This document shows positions 10,004 to 18,992 of a stretch of 64,000 nt of DNA, piece by piece; within the stretch, counting starts at the first letter, position 1, and each line of letters begins with the position of its first letter. The stretch spans positions 1-64,000 of the IMG/VR virus record IMGVR_UViG_3300028840_002104. One strand, given 5' to 3'. The stretch is from a virus. The notes beneath the pieces were generated by a model. The model was not told the DNA's origin, ran no database searches, and saw nothing but the letters and a program-made list of their open reading frames with translations. The translations under genes were made by a program, and so were the position numbers.

Positions 10004-10809
10004 TGCCCGAAGCCACTCTACTTGATTCTGCGTCTATTCAAGGCCAGTCGGTTGCGGAACTTATGGTCCATTTGTTGACCACGAGAGCCCGCATTCGAGA
10101 AGGCGGAGAGTTTGGCCTTAGCTTTGGAGAGGCCAGAATCTTTCTAGAAGAGGCAATTCAGCGTCATAACGACGAGTATACCTGGGACACCTTACCCGCA
10201 AAGGAGCGCCCGGCTGTTCTCCTGTTGGCTTGGAAGACAGTTTGCTTTGTAAGAGCTACAGAAATAGGCTCTCACCAGTTTTCTGTCACCGGTCAGCAGG
10301 GCAGTTCCAATCCTGCGGAGCGATTTAACTATCTGATGCAGTTAGTTGAAAAGCTCGAAAAGGAATATGAAACCCTTTGCGATGATATAGGCGTGGCCTC
10401 AGATGACGTTACTGTCGGAACAATAATCAGGGTAGATAAGCTCACAGACTGGGTTATTCCCTATAACCAGCATACGGGGCCTACAGCTTCAACGTTGGCG
10501 GTCACGGCTTCTGGTGCTACACAGGTTGATCTGGTTTGGACTCAAGAAGCTGTTCCTGGTTTCTTCCGATACAGCGTTTTCTATGACACTTCCCCAGGAC
10601 TTGAAGACTTGACAACGCTGAATGAAGCTAATCCCACTCACTATGGGATAACGTCTTCTGCTTCTCTTCTCAGTACGATAACCGCAATCCACAAGACAGC
10701 TTTGAGGGTTACTGATCTGGAGGCCGGGCAACTCTACTACTTTGTCGTCCAGACCATGGACTCCTCGAAGCATGTTAGTCTGAGTAATGAGGTTGAAATC
10801 GTTCTATGA
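10003..10809 (+). CDS. Head-tail adaptor with C-terminal fibronectin type III-like domain
   Basis: Helical N-terminus; FN3 motif VDLVW...VTDLEAGQLYYFVVQTMD...SNEV. Confidence 0.6.
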   Translation: MPEATLLDSASIQGQSVAELMVHLLTTRARIREGGEFGLSFGEARIFLEEAIQRHNDEYTWDTLPAKERPAVLLLAWKTVCFVRATEIGSHQFSVTGQQGSSNPAERFNYLMQLVEKLEKEYETLCDDIGVASDDVTVGTIIRVDKLTDWVIPYNQHTGPTASTLAVTASGATQVDLVWTQEAVPGFFRYSVFYDTSPGLEDLTTLNEANPTHYGITSSASLLSTITAIHKTALRVTDLEAGQLYYFVVQTMDSSKHVSLSNEVEIVL

Positions 10810-11243
10810 GCGTGGCAAGTGAGGATGTAAGACAGCAACCCCTGAATGAGGCCAATCTTCAGTTCATTCATGACCAGGATAGAGTCATTTGGACTGTAGA
10901 CAGGTTTCGTTTGGGCGACCCTTCCTGCACGCTTCACAGGTATGTCAGAGACGGCGGAAATCCCGCCACAGGAGTTGAAGGCACTCAAGTTGACCAGTTG
11001 AATACGGACTATGAGTGTACCTTCAAGGATTATTCCGAGCACAGAATTGTCAATTCTGGTGGTGACATTCAGAGAGAAGATCAGGAAGTTGTGATCTACT
11101 ACTTCGAGCCTGAGCTTTCGGACGTTGTAGAACTTCCGAAGGACTCAGGCCGAATGTGGCAGATCATCAAAAGGACTTATCACGAACCTTCAGGGAGGTG
11201 CTCAATTCAGGCTAGGCCCCTGAATGCCAGGAGAGATCCTTGA
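10806..11243 (+). CDS. Putative head-closure (stopper) protein
   Basis: Size, beta character and position between adaptor and gp10-like gene. Confidence 0.45.
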   Translation: MSVASEDVRQQPLNEANLQFIHDQDRVIWTVDRFRLGDPSCTLHRYVRDGGNPATGVEGTQVDQLNTDYECTFKDYSEHRIVNSGGDIQREDQEVVIYYFEPELSDVVELPKDSGRMWQIIKRTYHEPSGRCSIQARPLNARRDP

Positions 11244-11692
11244 TATCTGTCAAAGTTCAAGTGCTTACTCAAAGCTTAAAACGCACTGAGAGCACCCTGA
11301 ATGAGGCTAAGAAGGAAATCGACGGCTTAGTGGTCTGGGCTCTGGAAAGAGTCAAAAAGAAGACGCCAGTTGATGCAGGAGCTACTAGAGCTGCCTGGAG
11401 AGTTGTGCGTCACAGAACAGTCGGAAATGCATGGCGCTGGAGCATTCGTAACCCAACAAAGGTGTCTCTTTGGTTAGAAGAAGGAACTCCTCCTCATGAG
11501 ATCCCTAGACCAGGCGAGTCCCTTAGCGGACAAGCCATGCGGTTTGAGATCGGGGGAGAAGTGATCTTCGCGAAAAGAGTACAGCATCCCGGAACTAAAC
11601 CTCTGGGAATGATGGCCACGACTGTTCCAGAGATCGAAAGACGCGCCAATAAGATGGTTAAGCGGATTACCGTTCTGATAAATAAGAAGTAG
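11240..11692 (+). CDS. HK97 gp10-like tail completion protein
   Basis: TPVDAGATRAAW, WLEEGTPPHEI, VQHPGTKP motifs. Confidence 0.8.
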   Translation: MISVKVQVLTQSLKRTESTLNEAKKEIDGLVVWALERVKKKTPVDAGATRAAWRVVRHRTVGNAWRWSIRNPTKVSLWLEEGTPPHEIPRPGESLSGQAMRFEIGGEVIFAKRVQHPGTKPLGMMATTVPEIERRANKMVKRITVLINKK

Positions 11693-11718
11693 GGCAAGCG
11701 CCCTTTTACATAGGAGCG

Positions 11719-12522
11719 ATGTTGGCAGATCCCGCAGATCCTCAAATTTGGGTTCTGACTGCGGTAGGTCTCGGAACTCCTGTCAATAATGCTGTTGTCG
11801 TTGGAGCTTTCTGCAAGAATGCGGAAGAGGCTCAGTTTAGAGTAAAGGACCTTGATCTTGGTGTTACGGAGCCATGGCCATCAACTTGGTCTGCTTACGC
11901 ACCAGAAACACAGGTTAGCCTTTCTGGAAATGGCCCTTGGGTTGTTTACGGAAGGTTCAAGTCCGCTGAAGGTGGTATCTCTTCGGAAGTTGAGGCTCCC
12001 GTTGGATTGCCTGCGGCGGATGATGAACAGCTTGATCTATTCGACAGCAACATTAAGAGGAGTCTTCACGAGTTTATCTATACGCATTTTCAGATGCCCT
12101 ACGACTATCCAGTCAACTATGAGGACGCAAGGTTTGATCCGGAAGGAGCGGAAAGATACGTCGAAATCAAATGGCTCAGCTTTGGAAATATGCCCTGGAC
12201 AACAAACGTTCTTCACATTCGATGCTTTGGCAGAGTTGTGGATGATAGTTTGAGAGTCCGGTTTGAGGAGATGGTTGGCCGATTGAAGCGTGTTCTTAAT
12301 GTTACCGCGATTCCTTTCAAGGATTACACGAATGACCCTGAAAATCCAGTTCAGCTTTCATGGCGAGGAGAAGATCTGGAGATGCCAATTCGCTACCAGG
12401 ATAGACCTACGGCAGAGACGCCTTCCGGTGTCGGAAATGCTAACGAAGCAAACAGGCCGTCTGTGGACATGACCGTCTTGACTTACCATGTGTATTGTCC
12501 AAGGCCGTCCGTCGTTCCATAA
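11719..12522 (+). CDS. Putative tail terminator
   Basis: Synteny between gp10-like and tail tube genes. Confidence 0.4.
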   Translation: MLADPADPQIWVLTAVGLGTPVNNAVVVGAFCKNAEEAQFRVKDLDLGVTEPWPSTWSAYAPETQVSLSGNGPWVVYGRFKSAEGGISSEVEAPVGLPAADDEQLDLFDSNIKRSLHEFIYTHFQMPYDYPVNYEDARFDPEGAERYVEIKWLSFGNMPWTTNVLHIRCFGRVVDDSLRVRFEEMVGRLKRVLNVTAIPFKDYTNDPENPVQLSWRGEDLEMPIRYQDRPTAETPSGVGNANEANRPSVDMTVLTYHVYCPRPSVVP

Positions 12523-12534
12523 GGAGGTAGGCAA

Positions 12535-13239
12535 ATGAACCTTCCTGGTTTTGGTGCTGTCGGTGTTGACTCCTTGAGCCTGTCAAGGAACACTGACAAC
12601 TTAGAATTCAGAGACGGCCTTGACGTTCATCTTGTATACAGAACAGAGACGGGAAGCGTACAGCGCTCCGTCACTCGCATACCAGCTTGGGGAATTCAAG
12701 GCCAAGACGTGAATGCTCTGGGTAGAACCCTTGAGTCGGTTTCCTTCCAGGAAACTGAAGAAGTGGCTACCCATGATGCGTGGACAGGTAACACTCCTGG
12801 TACAGGAGATAAGCTTGTCTACACGGATGCGTTCCTTATCCTTGTCGTGCGTCAAACCATGACCGTGACAGGTTTCGGCACGCTTCCTACCAATTACGAG
12901 GAGTCCAAGCACGGAACTCCTGACTACGACCTGACCATAAACTCGGTCGTGGGAAGTTTTTCTGTCAGCATCGAAGACGCGATTCTCATGAATCCGCGTC
13001 TCGACAAGACTCTCACGGATTGGTACAAGTTTACGTTTGAGCTTCAGCGTGTGATCTCTACTCCCCTTCCAGATGCGGATGACCACTTTATGACGGGCCT
13101 TCCTACTCCTCCAACAGAGGTGAAGGCCACAAATTACACGATTACCAGGGGAACAACGCTGAACAACGAGAACTGGGCAACAGAGGAAATCACTTACGAA
13201 GAGCATTACGGAGATACTCAGGCTCCAGATTGGGAATAA
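12535..13239 (+). CDS. Putative tail tube/major tail protein
   Basis: AAGGAGGT RBS; T-rich beta protein at tail tube position. Confidence 0.4.
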   Translation: MNLPGFGAVGVDSLSLSRNTDNLEFRDGLDVHLVYRTETGSVQRSVTRIPAWGIQGQDVNALGRTLESVSFQETEEVATHDAWTGNTPGTGDKLVYTDAFLILVVRQTMTVTGFGTLPTNYEESKHGTPDYDLTINSVVGSFSVSIEDAILMNPRLDKTLTDWYKFTFELQRVISTPLPDADDHFMTGLPTPPTEVKATNYTITRGTTLNNENWATEEITYEEHYGDTQAPDWE

Positions 13240-13242
13240 GTT

Positions 13243-13593
13243 GTGGCTGATAAGACGGTCATTAAGTATTCGGTCCCTCTTCCGAAGAATACTCTTCTCA
13301 ATAAGGGAAGAAATATTGGTAGGAAGATGGGCTACCGCCACTTTATGATCGTCTACGGGATGTTTGTTCTTGGTGAGGAGCTTCAAGACTTCATTGACTC
13401 CGCCATAGACGATCCTGCGTTTGTACTTGTCGGAGATCCTCAACTTTCTGAGGTTGGCGGCGAGACGAACATCTGGAACATCAAAGTAATCGGCAACGGC
13501 TTTGGTACTGCTCCGATTGATGCGGAGGTAACTGGTACTGGAAAATGGGTATATCCAAACTTTGACGCTTCTTTGCAACCACCAACGGGTTGA
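13243..13593 (+). CDS. Hypothetical tail protein
   Basis: Tightly packed in tail operon. Confidence 0.4.
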   Translation: MADKTVIKYSVPLPKNTLLNKGRNIGRKMGYRHFMIVYGMFVLGEELQDFIDSAIDDPAFVLVGDPQLSEVGGETNIWNIKVIGNGFGTAPIDAEVTGTGKWVYPNFDASLQPPTG

Positions 13594-13880
13594 TTATGGC
13601 TTACGAAAGGACAACTATCATTTCGTGGCCCGTGAACAACCTTAGTTGTTCTATTGGAGTCACAAACTCTGTAGTTCAAGCTGGTAGGCAGTTTAAGAAG
13701 TATTGGAAGATCCAGTGGGCTACTTTAGCTTACGCTCTTCAGAGGCTAGAAGAGGAGTTCCCTGGCGGAGAAGGGGAATGGACTCTAGACAGTCCTCCGA
13801 GTGAAATCAAGCCCATTCAACAAGGAGTTGGTCTTGTGAACCTTGAAGTGACAGGTACGCGAAGAGAGCCTGTTCAATGA
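13590..13880 (+). CDS. Hypothetical tail protein
   Basis: Overlaps neighbours in tail operon. Confidence 0.4.
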   Translation: MIMAYERTTIISWPVNNLSCSIGVTNSVVQAGRQFKKYWKIQWATLAYALQRLEEEFPGGEGEWTLDSPPSEIKPIQQGVGLVNLEVTGTRREPVQ

Positions 13881-13895
13881 TGTCAGGAGGTTGAA

Positions 13896-14837
13896 ATGGC
13901 TATTACGAAAAAGCAGAGGTACACCAATCCGACCACAGGCGTCCAAGCAGAGGCGAATGTTGCTATCTCTGTGGATGCTGTACGTCTGGATGCTACAGAG
14001 GGTCCAGAAGAGACTCCCGTCCTTAAGGCAACGTCCACAGGAGGAATTGTCGTCTATAGGGATATTACCGATCTTGTGACTGAGATCCTAGACGGTAGTC
14101 CTGGGAAGGCGCTAGAAGGAAGGCCAACGGCTTACTTCGACAGAGCATACGCCAACAACACGAGTTTGGTGATTGCTGCTGCGGAGTATGTCCGCTTGGG
14201 AAGTCCTTCTTATGGCGCTATTCTTCTGGCAACCAAGGATCATGACGGCACGGACTCTAGCGTAGCCCTGGTCGCTTCGGTTTCGGGAGGAGATCCCAAG
14301 ACTCTGACTTTGGGAGCTATAGATGATGGTGGCGCGTCTTACAATGGTTTCTGGAATGACTATGACATAGGGGACATCCTTCAGCTTGTCTATGATCCGG
14401 GAGCAGCTACTCCCATTAAATTCGACATAGAGTCGTCTCTGAATGTGGAGAATGAGTACGGGGTAAAGGCCCTCTTGGAGGCTCCTGACGCTCCTACTTT
14501 TGCGGTTGCTCAGTGGGCAGGGGATGAAGTTGCCGTCACAATCTATGAGGGAACCGAAGTCGTAGTCACTCACTACGATGTCTATGCCAGGGATCAGAGC
14601 TTTACAGAGCTTCCAGTGAATGCTCAGGCCGATGAAGCAGACGTGGCAGTTACGGACTTTATGAGCGGACAGAGGACAGTCTACTTGTCCACTCATGGTG
14701 GCGGCACAGACGCAGGCGGCGGAAGTTTGGTAAGTGCGGAAGAGTACTTTCTGACAGTGGTTGCAAAGACAGGAACAGGTGAATGGGGTAATGTGGAGAG
14801 CAAGCCGGCTACTCCAACAAGTATCGTGCTTGACTGA
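13896..14837 (+). CDS. Virion structural protein with FN3/Ig-like C-terminus
   Basis: AGGAGG RBS; APDAPT...YDVY...YFLTVVAK...ES pattern. Confidence 0.45.
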   Translation: MAITKKQRYTNPTTGVQAEANVAISVDAVRLDATEGPEETPVLKATSTGGIVVYRDITDLVTEILDGSPGKALEGRPTAYFDRAYANNTSLVIAAAEYVRLGSPSYGAILLATKDHDGTDSSVALVASVSGGDPKTLTLGAIDDGGASYNGFWNDYDIGDILQLVYDPGAATPIKFDIESSLNVENEYGVKALLEAPDAPTFAVAQWAGDEVAVTIYEGTEVVVTHYDVYARDQSFTELPVNAQADEADVAVTDFMSGQRTVYLSTHGGGTDAGGGSLVSAEEYFLTVVAKTGTGEWGNVESKPATPTSIVLD

Positions 14838-14852
14838 ATGTAAGGAGATTTC

Positions 14853-15695
14853 ATGGCAAAACGATTGGATGAAGCGCCAGCAGGTTATGAGTTTTTAGAT
14901 CCCATGGCTGATAAGGAAGTCGTTGCCGTTGGCAGAGACTTCTTTGAGCTTACTCCCATGGTTGAGGGAGAGCTTGAGCTGGTTTGGGCAGAGCTTTCTT
15001 CTGTCATAGATGCGGCGATGTCTAAGCTGGTCAAGGGAATAGCAAATCCGAAGGTTGTGGTTCGTGGTAAGAAAAACCCCAAAGAGCCCCACCATGCGGA
15101 GGAAAAAGCTCAGGCAGACAGCTCCTTTGCTGACTTCCTGCTTGGTATTAAAGATGGTTTGAAGGCATTGATCTCTGATGGCCGTTTGAGCAAAATTCTG
15201 CACATAGTCCTTGGCGAGCCTTTAGAATACATCCAGGATAACATGACAGTAAAGCAGGCTCTCCATGTGGCGGGTGTCCTCTACAAGCAGAACTTCAACC
15301 TTGATGGCCTACCAGAGGATTTCCGAAAAAACTGGGACGGCTTTCTGGGGATTCTAGGCTTCGGAGGGAGTTCAAAGGAAGAGGAATTTGTAGAATTCAC
15401 TTTAGTCGAACTGGCGAAAGCCCTTACGGAGAAACAGAGTCACCAGGAAGCGATCAGCAATCTTCGGGAAGAGGCTTTGAGGCTCGAATACATAAGCGTC
15501 TCCAGCTTTACCGAGTCTACGAATGCCTTGCCCACGAATGCGGATTCTCCAGAGAGTACGTTAGAGGAAGGAGAGAGCGAGTCTGCAAGCTTACCGGAGA
15601 ACGGTGCCGACTCGGATTCGATGGCGTCTGTGAACGTGCCGAATGTGGCGAGCACACCGGATACCACAGATCCGAATACACCATCTGGGGGCTGA
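14853..15695 (+). CDS. Tail assembly chaperone (gpG-like)
   Basis: Two ORFs upstream of tape measure; contains in-frame slippery A AAA AAC. Confidence 0.7.
   Translation: MAKRLDEAPAGYEFLDPMADKEVVAVGRDFFELTPMVEGELELVWAELSSVIDAAMSKLVKGIANPKVVVRGKKNPKEPHHAEEKAQADSSFADFLLGIKDGLKALISDGRLSKILHIVLGEPLEYIQDNMTVKQALHVAGVLYKQNFNLDGLPEDFRKNWDGFLGILGFGGSSKEEEFVEFTLVELAKALTEKQSHQEAISNLREEALRLEYISVSSFTESTNALPTNADSPESTLEEGESESASLPENGADSDSMASVNVPNVASTPDTTDPNTPSGG
15326..15332 (+). other. Programmed -1 ribosomal frameshift site A AAA AAC
   Basis: X XXY YYZ heptamer in frame (CGA AAA AAC); -1 frame has no stop from here into ORF 15731..16375. Confidence 0.75.
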
Positions 15696-16375
15696 CCAGA
15701 AAGCTTCTCATAGTCTATTTTTCGGCGGCGATGGAGAGGTTCTATGATGATCTCTATCTCCAGATCATGCTACACGGCGGAGATCCTGACAAAGAGTCTA
15801 AGGACGCCACGACTAAAGAAGAGGCCGAAAGGCTCATTGATGATCCCTTCGGAGACTTTCCGCACGACGTTGACTACTCTGTTTTCAACCCAGAAGATGT
15901 TTCCAGGATGGTTAACAAGGATGAGGCGAGAATCGCAAAGGCGAAGGCGTCTGGCGTTGAGCTTCCCAAGGAAGTCATCTGGCGTCTCTGGACTCGTGAG
16001 AGGATGGATAGCCTTTTTGGGGATGATCCTCTCAAGAAGCGGGCCAGTGTTAACAGCAATCTTTGGTTTCTCTACAATCAGATGTGTCATCGTGGATACC
16101 AGCCCAAGATGGAGGACATCAAGCAGTGTGTGAAGATTTCCTATGCCGCTTATCTTATTCAGCCGAACAGTGGAGATATGCGCCAGAGGAAGTCTCTCGA
16201 AAAGAAGAGGGGCCTCCCGAAATGCAAGTTTCGCTTGGGAGATTCAAATGTTCCAGTTTGGCACACTGCCAATCTAGTTCGGGAGGGCAGGTTGGATAGA
16301 CTCGTGGCCAGGCTTGACGTGGCTTGCGGCTTTCCTATTGTAGGTCTTCCGAACGCGGAGAAGTTCGATGGCTGA
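15326..16375 (+). CDS. Tail assembly chaperone frameshift extension (gpGT-like; includes ORF 15731..16375)
   Basis: -1 frame read by hand is open 15326-16375 and ends overlapping the tape measure start. Confidence 0.65.
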   Translation, partial: KKLGRLSGDSRLRREFKGRGICRIHFSRTGESPYGETESPGSDQQSSGRGFEARIHKRLQLYRVYECLAHECGFSREYVRGRRERVCKLTGERCRLGFDGVCERAECGEHTGYHRSEYTIWGLTRKLLIVYFSAAMERFYDDLYLQIMLHGGDPDKESKDATTKEEAERLIDDPFGDFPHDVDYSVFNPEDVSRMVNKDEARIAKAKASGVELPKEVIWRLWTRERMDSLFGDDPLKKRASVNSNLWFLYNQMCHRGYQPKMEDIKQCVKISYAAYLIQPNSGDMRQRKSLEKKRGLPKCKFRLGDSNVPVWHTANLVREGRLDRLVARLDVACGFPIVGLPNAEKFDG

Positions 16376-18986
16376 AGCTTCCGTAATCATTAACTTTGTA
16401 GCGACAGGCGCACAGAAAGCAGGAGATTCTGTCAAGAAGATCCGGGAAAAGCTCGGTCAGTTAAAAGACGGTGCTTCTCGGTTGGCTGGCAGACTCAAGG
16501 AAAGTGGTACTTCTGTTGCCAAGTTTGCTAATATCCTAGTTACCGCAGGAGCCGCAGTCGGAACTTTTGTTAGTGCTTTGGCGGCCACAGCGTTATCTAT
16601 GGGACTTGCTGTTCTTGCAGGCGGCATAACAGGTCTAACAGGTCTTTTAGCTAAACTTGGTAGGGAAGCCGTTGCTACGGGTACGATTTTCGACGATTTT
16701 CGTATTAAGTTTCGAACGCTATACGGATCTATTGACTTAGCGTCGGAGAAGATGAGGGTTGCCATTGACTATGCCGCCCAAACTCCGTTCCGAGTCAATC
16801 AGGTTGTGGATGCTTTTGCTGCTTTTCAGGCTGTGGGAATTGATCCTACCCAGGTCCGAAATCAAAAGATGCTCCTAGATGACATGGCCGATCTTGCTTT
16901 CGGAATGGGCAAGAGCCTTCAAGATGCGTATTGGAGTGTGAAAGAGGCTGCCGCCGAGGGCAATTGGATGTCCTTAATGCGGAGATTTTCTACGAGTAAG
17001 CAGCAAATTCAAAGCTTGCTTGAAGCTCGTGGATTTGAAGTAAATCTCGGAACTATACAAGGCCGAATTGATGCTATCCGTGAGTACATCCAAATCCGTT
17101 TTGGTGGTTCTATGGAGGCAATGAGTGGCTCGGTCAGGGTCTTATTGTCAAATATTGGTGACCACTGGATGAAGTTCAAGGACCTGGTATATCAGTCAGG
17201 TCTTTCTGAGTCTATTGCAGACATCGTGACCAGGATCTTAGAAAAGCTCGACGAGCTTTGGGAAACGGGCCAAATGGAAAGCTGGGCACAGAGCCTTGGT
17301 GATGTCTACAGGATGATCCACGCAGGAATTCTTCAGTTTGTGGAGGTGGCCAAGGCTGCTTATGACGACATCCTTAGTAGAGTGCGTATTTTTGGTGGCG
17401 CTTCTTCGGAAGCGATTCTTTTAGCTGTCCAAGCGGCCAAGGTTTTTGTTCAGTATATCGCTGTCACGATCAAAGCTGTCTTAGCTCTGACAAAGACTGT
17501 TCAAGCTTTGGGATCGCTTATCTGGGGGCTTGTTGGTGGAGTCACCGGCTTGAGCGGTGCCTTTACTTTTGTTGGGAAGGTTGCCGAGAAAATTACAAGA
17601 GAAGACACAGGCTTGGGAAAGGTATCAAAGGCTCTAGACGCTTGGAATAATTCTATAGACGCTGCTCGTGCGGGTTTAGGCAAAACCCCCGGTGATATTG
17701 CAGGCACGAGTAAAACCGCTGACAGCCTGAATGCCGTTTTCGAGGAATCTGTTCGCATCATAGACGACCTGAAAGGTGAACTCTCAGAAAGCGACTCTTT
17801 GGTTGAAGGAATAAAGCGTGGAATAGAACTCATCAGGAATGCCGCTCTAGGTGCTGCTGGCGCTGTAGGCGAAATGGCCGATGAAACTGAAAGGCTTCGT
17901 GGTGCAAATAGGGCAGTTGAGCTTATAACGGACAGGATTGTTAAAGCCGCCATAGATGCTAAGAGAAACGTTATTGCCCAACAGAAAGAGGTAGAAAAGC
18001 TAAAGAATCAATATGCAGGACTCCTGGACAAGCAATTTCAGATTAACGAAGCGGCTGCTAAACTCAATCGTAGCTACGGCATTTTGACAGGAACCCTTAC
18101 CAAACCTGCTGCAAGGCTTCAGGAGATTGCTGAAATTGAAAAAAGAGCCGCTCGCTACAGAGCCGAAGGAATGACTGAAAAAGCCTTGGACCAACAGAGA
18201 AAAGCGGCTACGGAGAGAATGGGCTTTGCTCGCGACTACAGGATGCTCATGGCTCAGACTGGTCTTGTTAGACAGGTAGAGGGAGAGCTAGTTGACCCAT
18301 TAAAGGGAAAGGCTCTTTTTGAGGCGCAAAGAAAACTCAGGATGATGACGGTCGAATCGTCGAGAGAGTTGGGCCTTTCTCCGAGAGCAGGTGCTCAAGA
18401 AGTCTACCGAGCTATGGAGCAAAAACTAGGCGTAGACATCCAAACGGTTTCTCAGGAGACCAGATCGCTGGCTGAAAAGTTTGGCGCTTCTATGGTTGAC
18501 ACTCAGCAGCGGCTGGAAAAAGCTATCAAAATGTACGCAGATAATGTGGCCGGAATGAATGAAGCTATGATAAATCTTGAGCTTACTAGACAAGCCATAG
18601 AACAGTCTGGTTTGGACATAACTAAGTTTATGGCTGAGAATGTTGTGAGAAAGCTTGAAGAAGCAGCTACGTCACTTAATACGATTGCAGGAAAGATGGG
18701 TTTAGAAATTCCTGCGGCAGTGGGAGCTATGCCTGAAGATCTCCCCAGAGGCATTAGAGGGGTGCAGCAGGCGAGTGCAGCGGTTCTTGGTCCTAGAGGT
18801 GGAGTGCCTATGACCCTCTTTGAGATGAGTGTTGCTGCTGAGGCAGAGGCTAGAAAGCAGACCACTCTTCTCGCAGAACAAAAGAAGGTCCAAGAAGATA
18901 TGAGGGATGAAGCAAGAAAACCGCTTACTCCTAGAAGAAGAGATGATCTTGAGGTGGTATCTCCGGGGATATCTGTTTGGATGTGA
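16368..18986 (+). CDS. Tape measure protein
   Basis: 872 aa, A/G/L-rich helical; YAAQTPFRVNQV and LLSNIGD tape-measure motifs. Confidence 0.88.
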   Translation: MAEASVIINFVATGAQKAGDSVKKIREKLGQLKDGASRLAGRLKESGTSVAKFANILVTAGAAVGTFVSALAATALSMGLAVLAGGITGLTGLLAKLGREAVATGTIFDDFRIKFRTLYGSIDLASEKMRVAIDYAAQTPFRVNQVVDAFAAFQAVGIDPTQVRNQKMLLDDMADLAFGMGKSLQDAYWSVKEAAAEGNWMSLMRRFSTSKQQIQSLLEARGFEVNLGTIQGRIDAIREYIQIRFGGSMEAMSGSVRVLLSNIGDHWMKFKDLVYQSGLSESIADIVTRILEKLDELWETGQMESWAQSLGDVYRMIHAGILQFVEVAKAAYDDILSRVRIFGGASSEAILLAVQAAKVFVQYIAVTIKAVLALTKTVQALGSLIWGLVGGVTGLSGAFTFVGKVAEKITREDTGLGKVSKALDAWNNSIDAARAGLGKTPGDIAGTSKTADSLNAVFEESVRIIDDLKGELSESDSLVEGIKRGIELIRNAALGAAGAVGEMADETERLRGANRAVELITDRIVKAAIDAKRNVIAQQKEVEKLKNQYAGLLDKQFQINEAAAKLNRSYGILTGTLTKPAARLQEIAEIEKRAARYRAEGMTEKALDQQRKAATERMGFARDYRMLMAQTGLVRQVEGELVDPLKGKALFEAQRKLRMMTVESSRELGLSPRAGAQEVYRAMEQKLGVDIQTVSQETRSLAEKFGASMVDTQQRLEKAIKMYADNVAGMNEAMINLELTRQAIEQSGLDITKFMAENVVRKLEEAATSLNTIAGKMGLEIPAAVGAMPEDLPRGIRGVQQASAAVLGPRGGVPMTLFEMSVAAEAEARKQTTLLAEQKKVQEDMRDEARKPLTPRRRDDLEVVSPGISVWM

Positions 18987-18992
18987 GAACTA

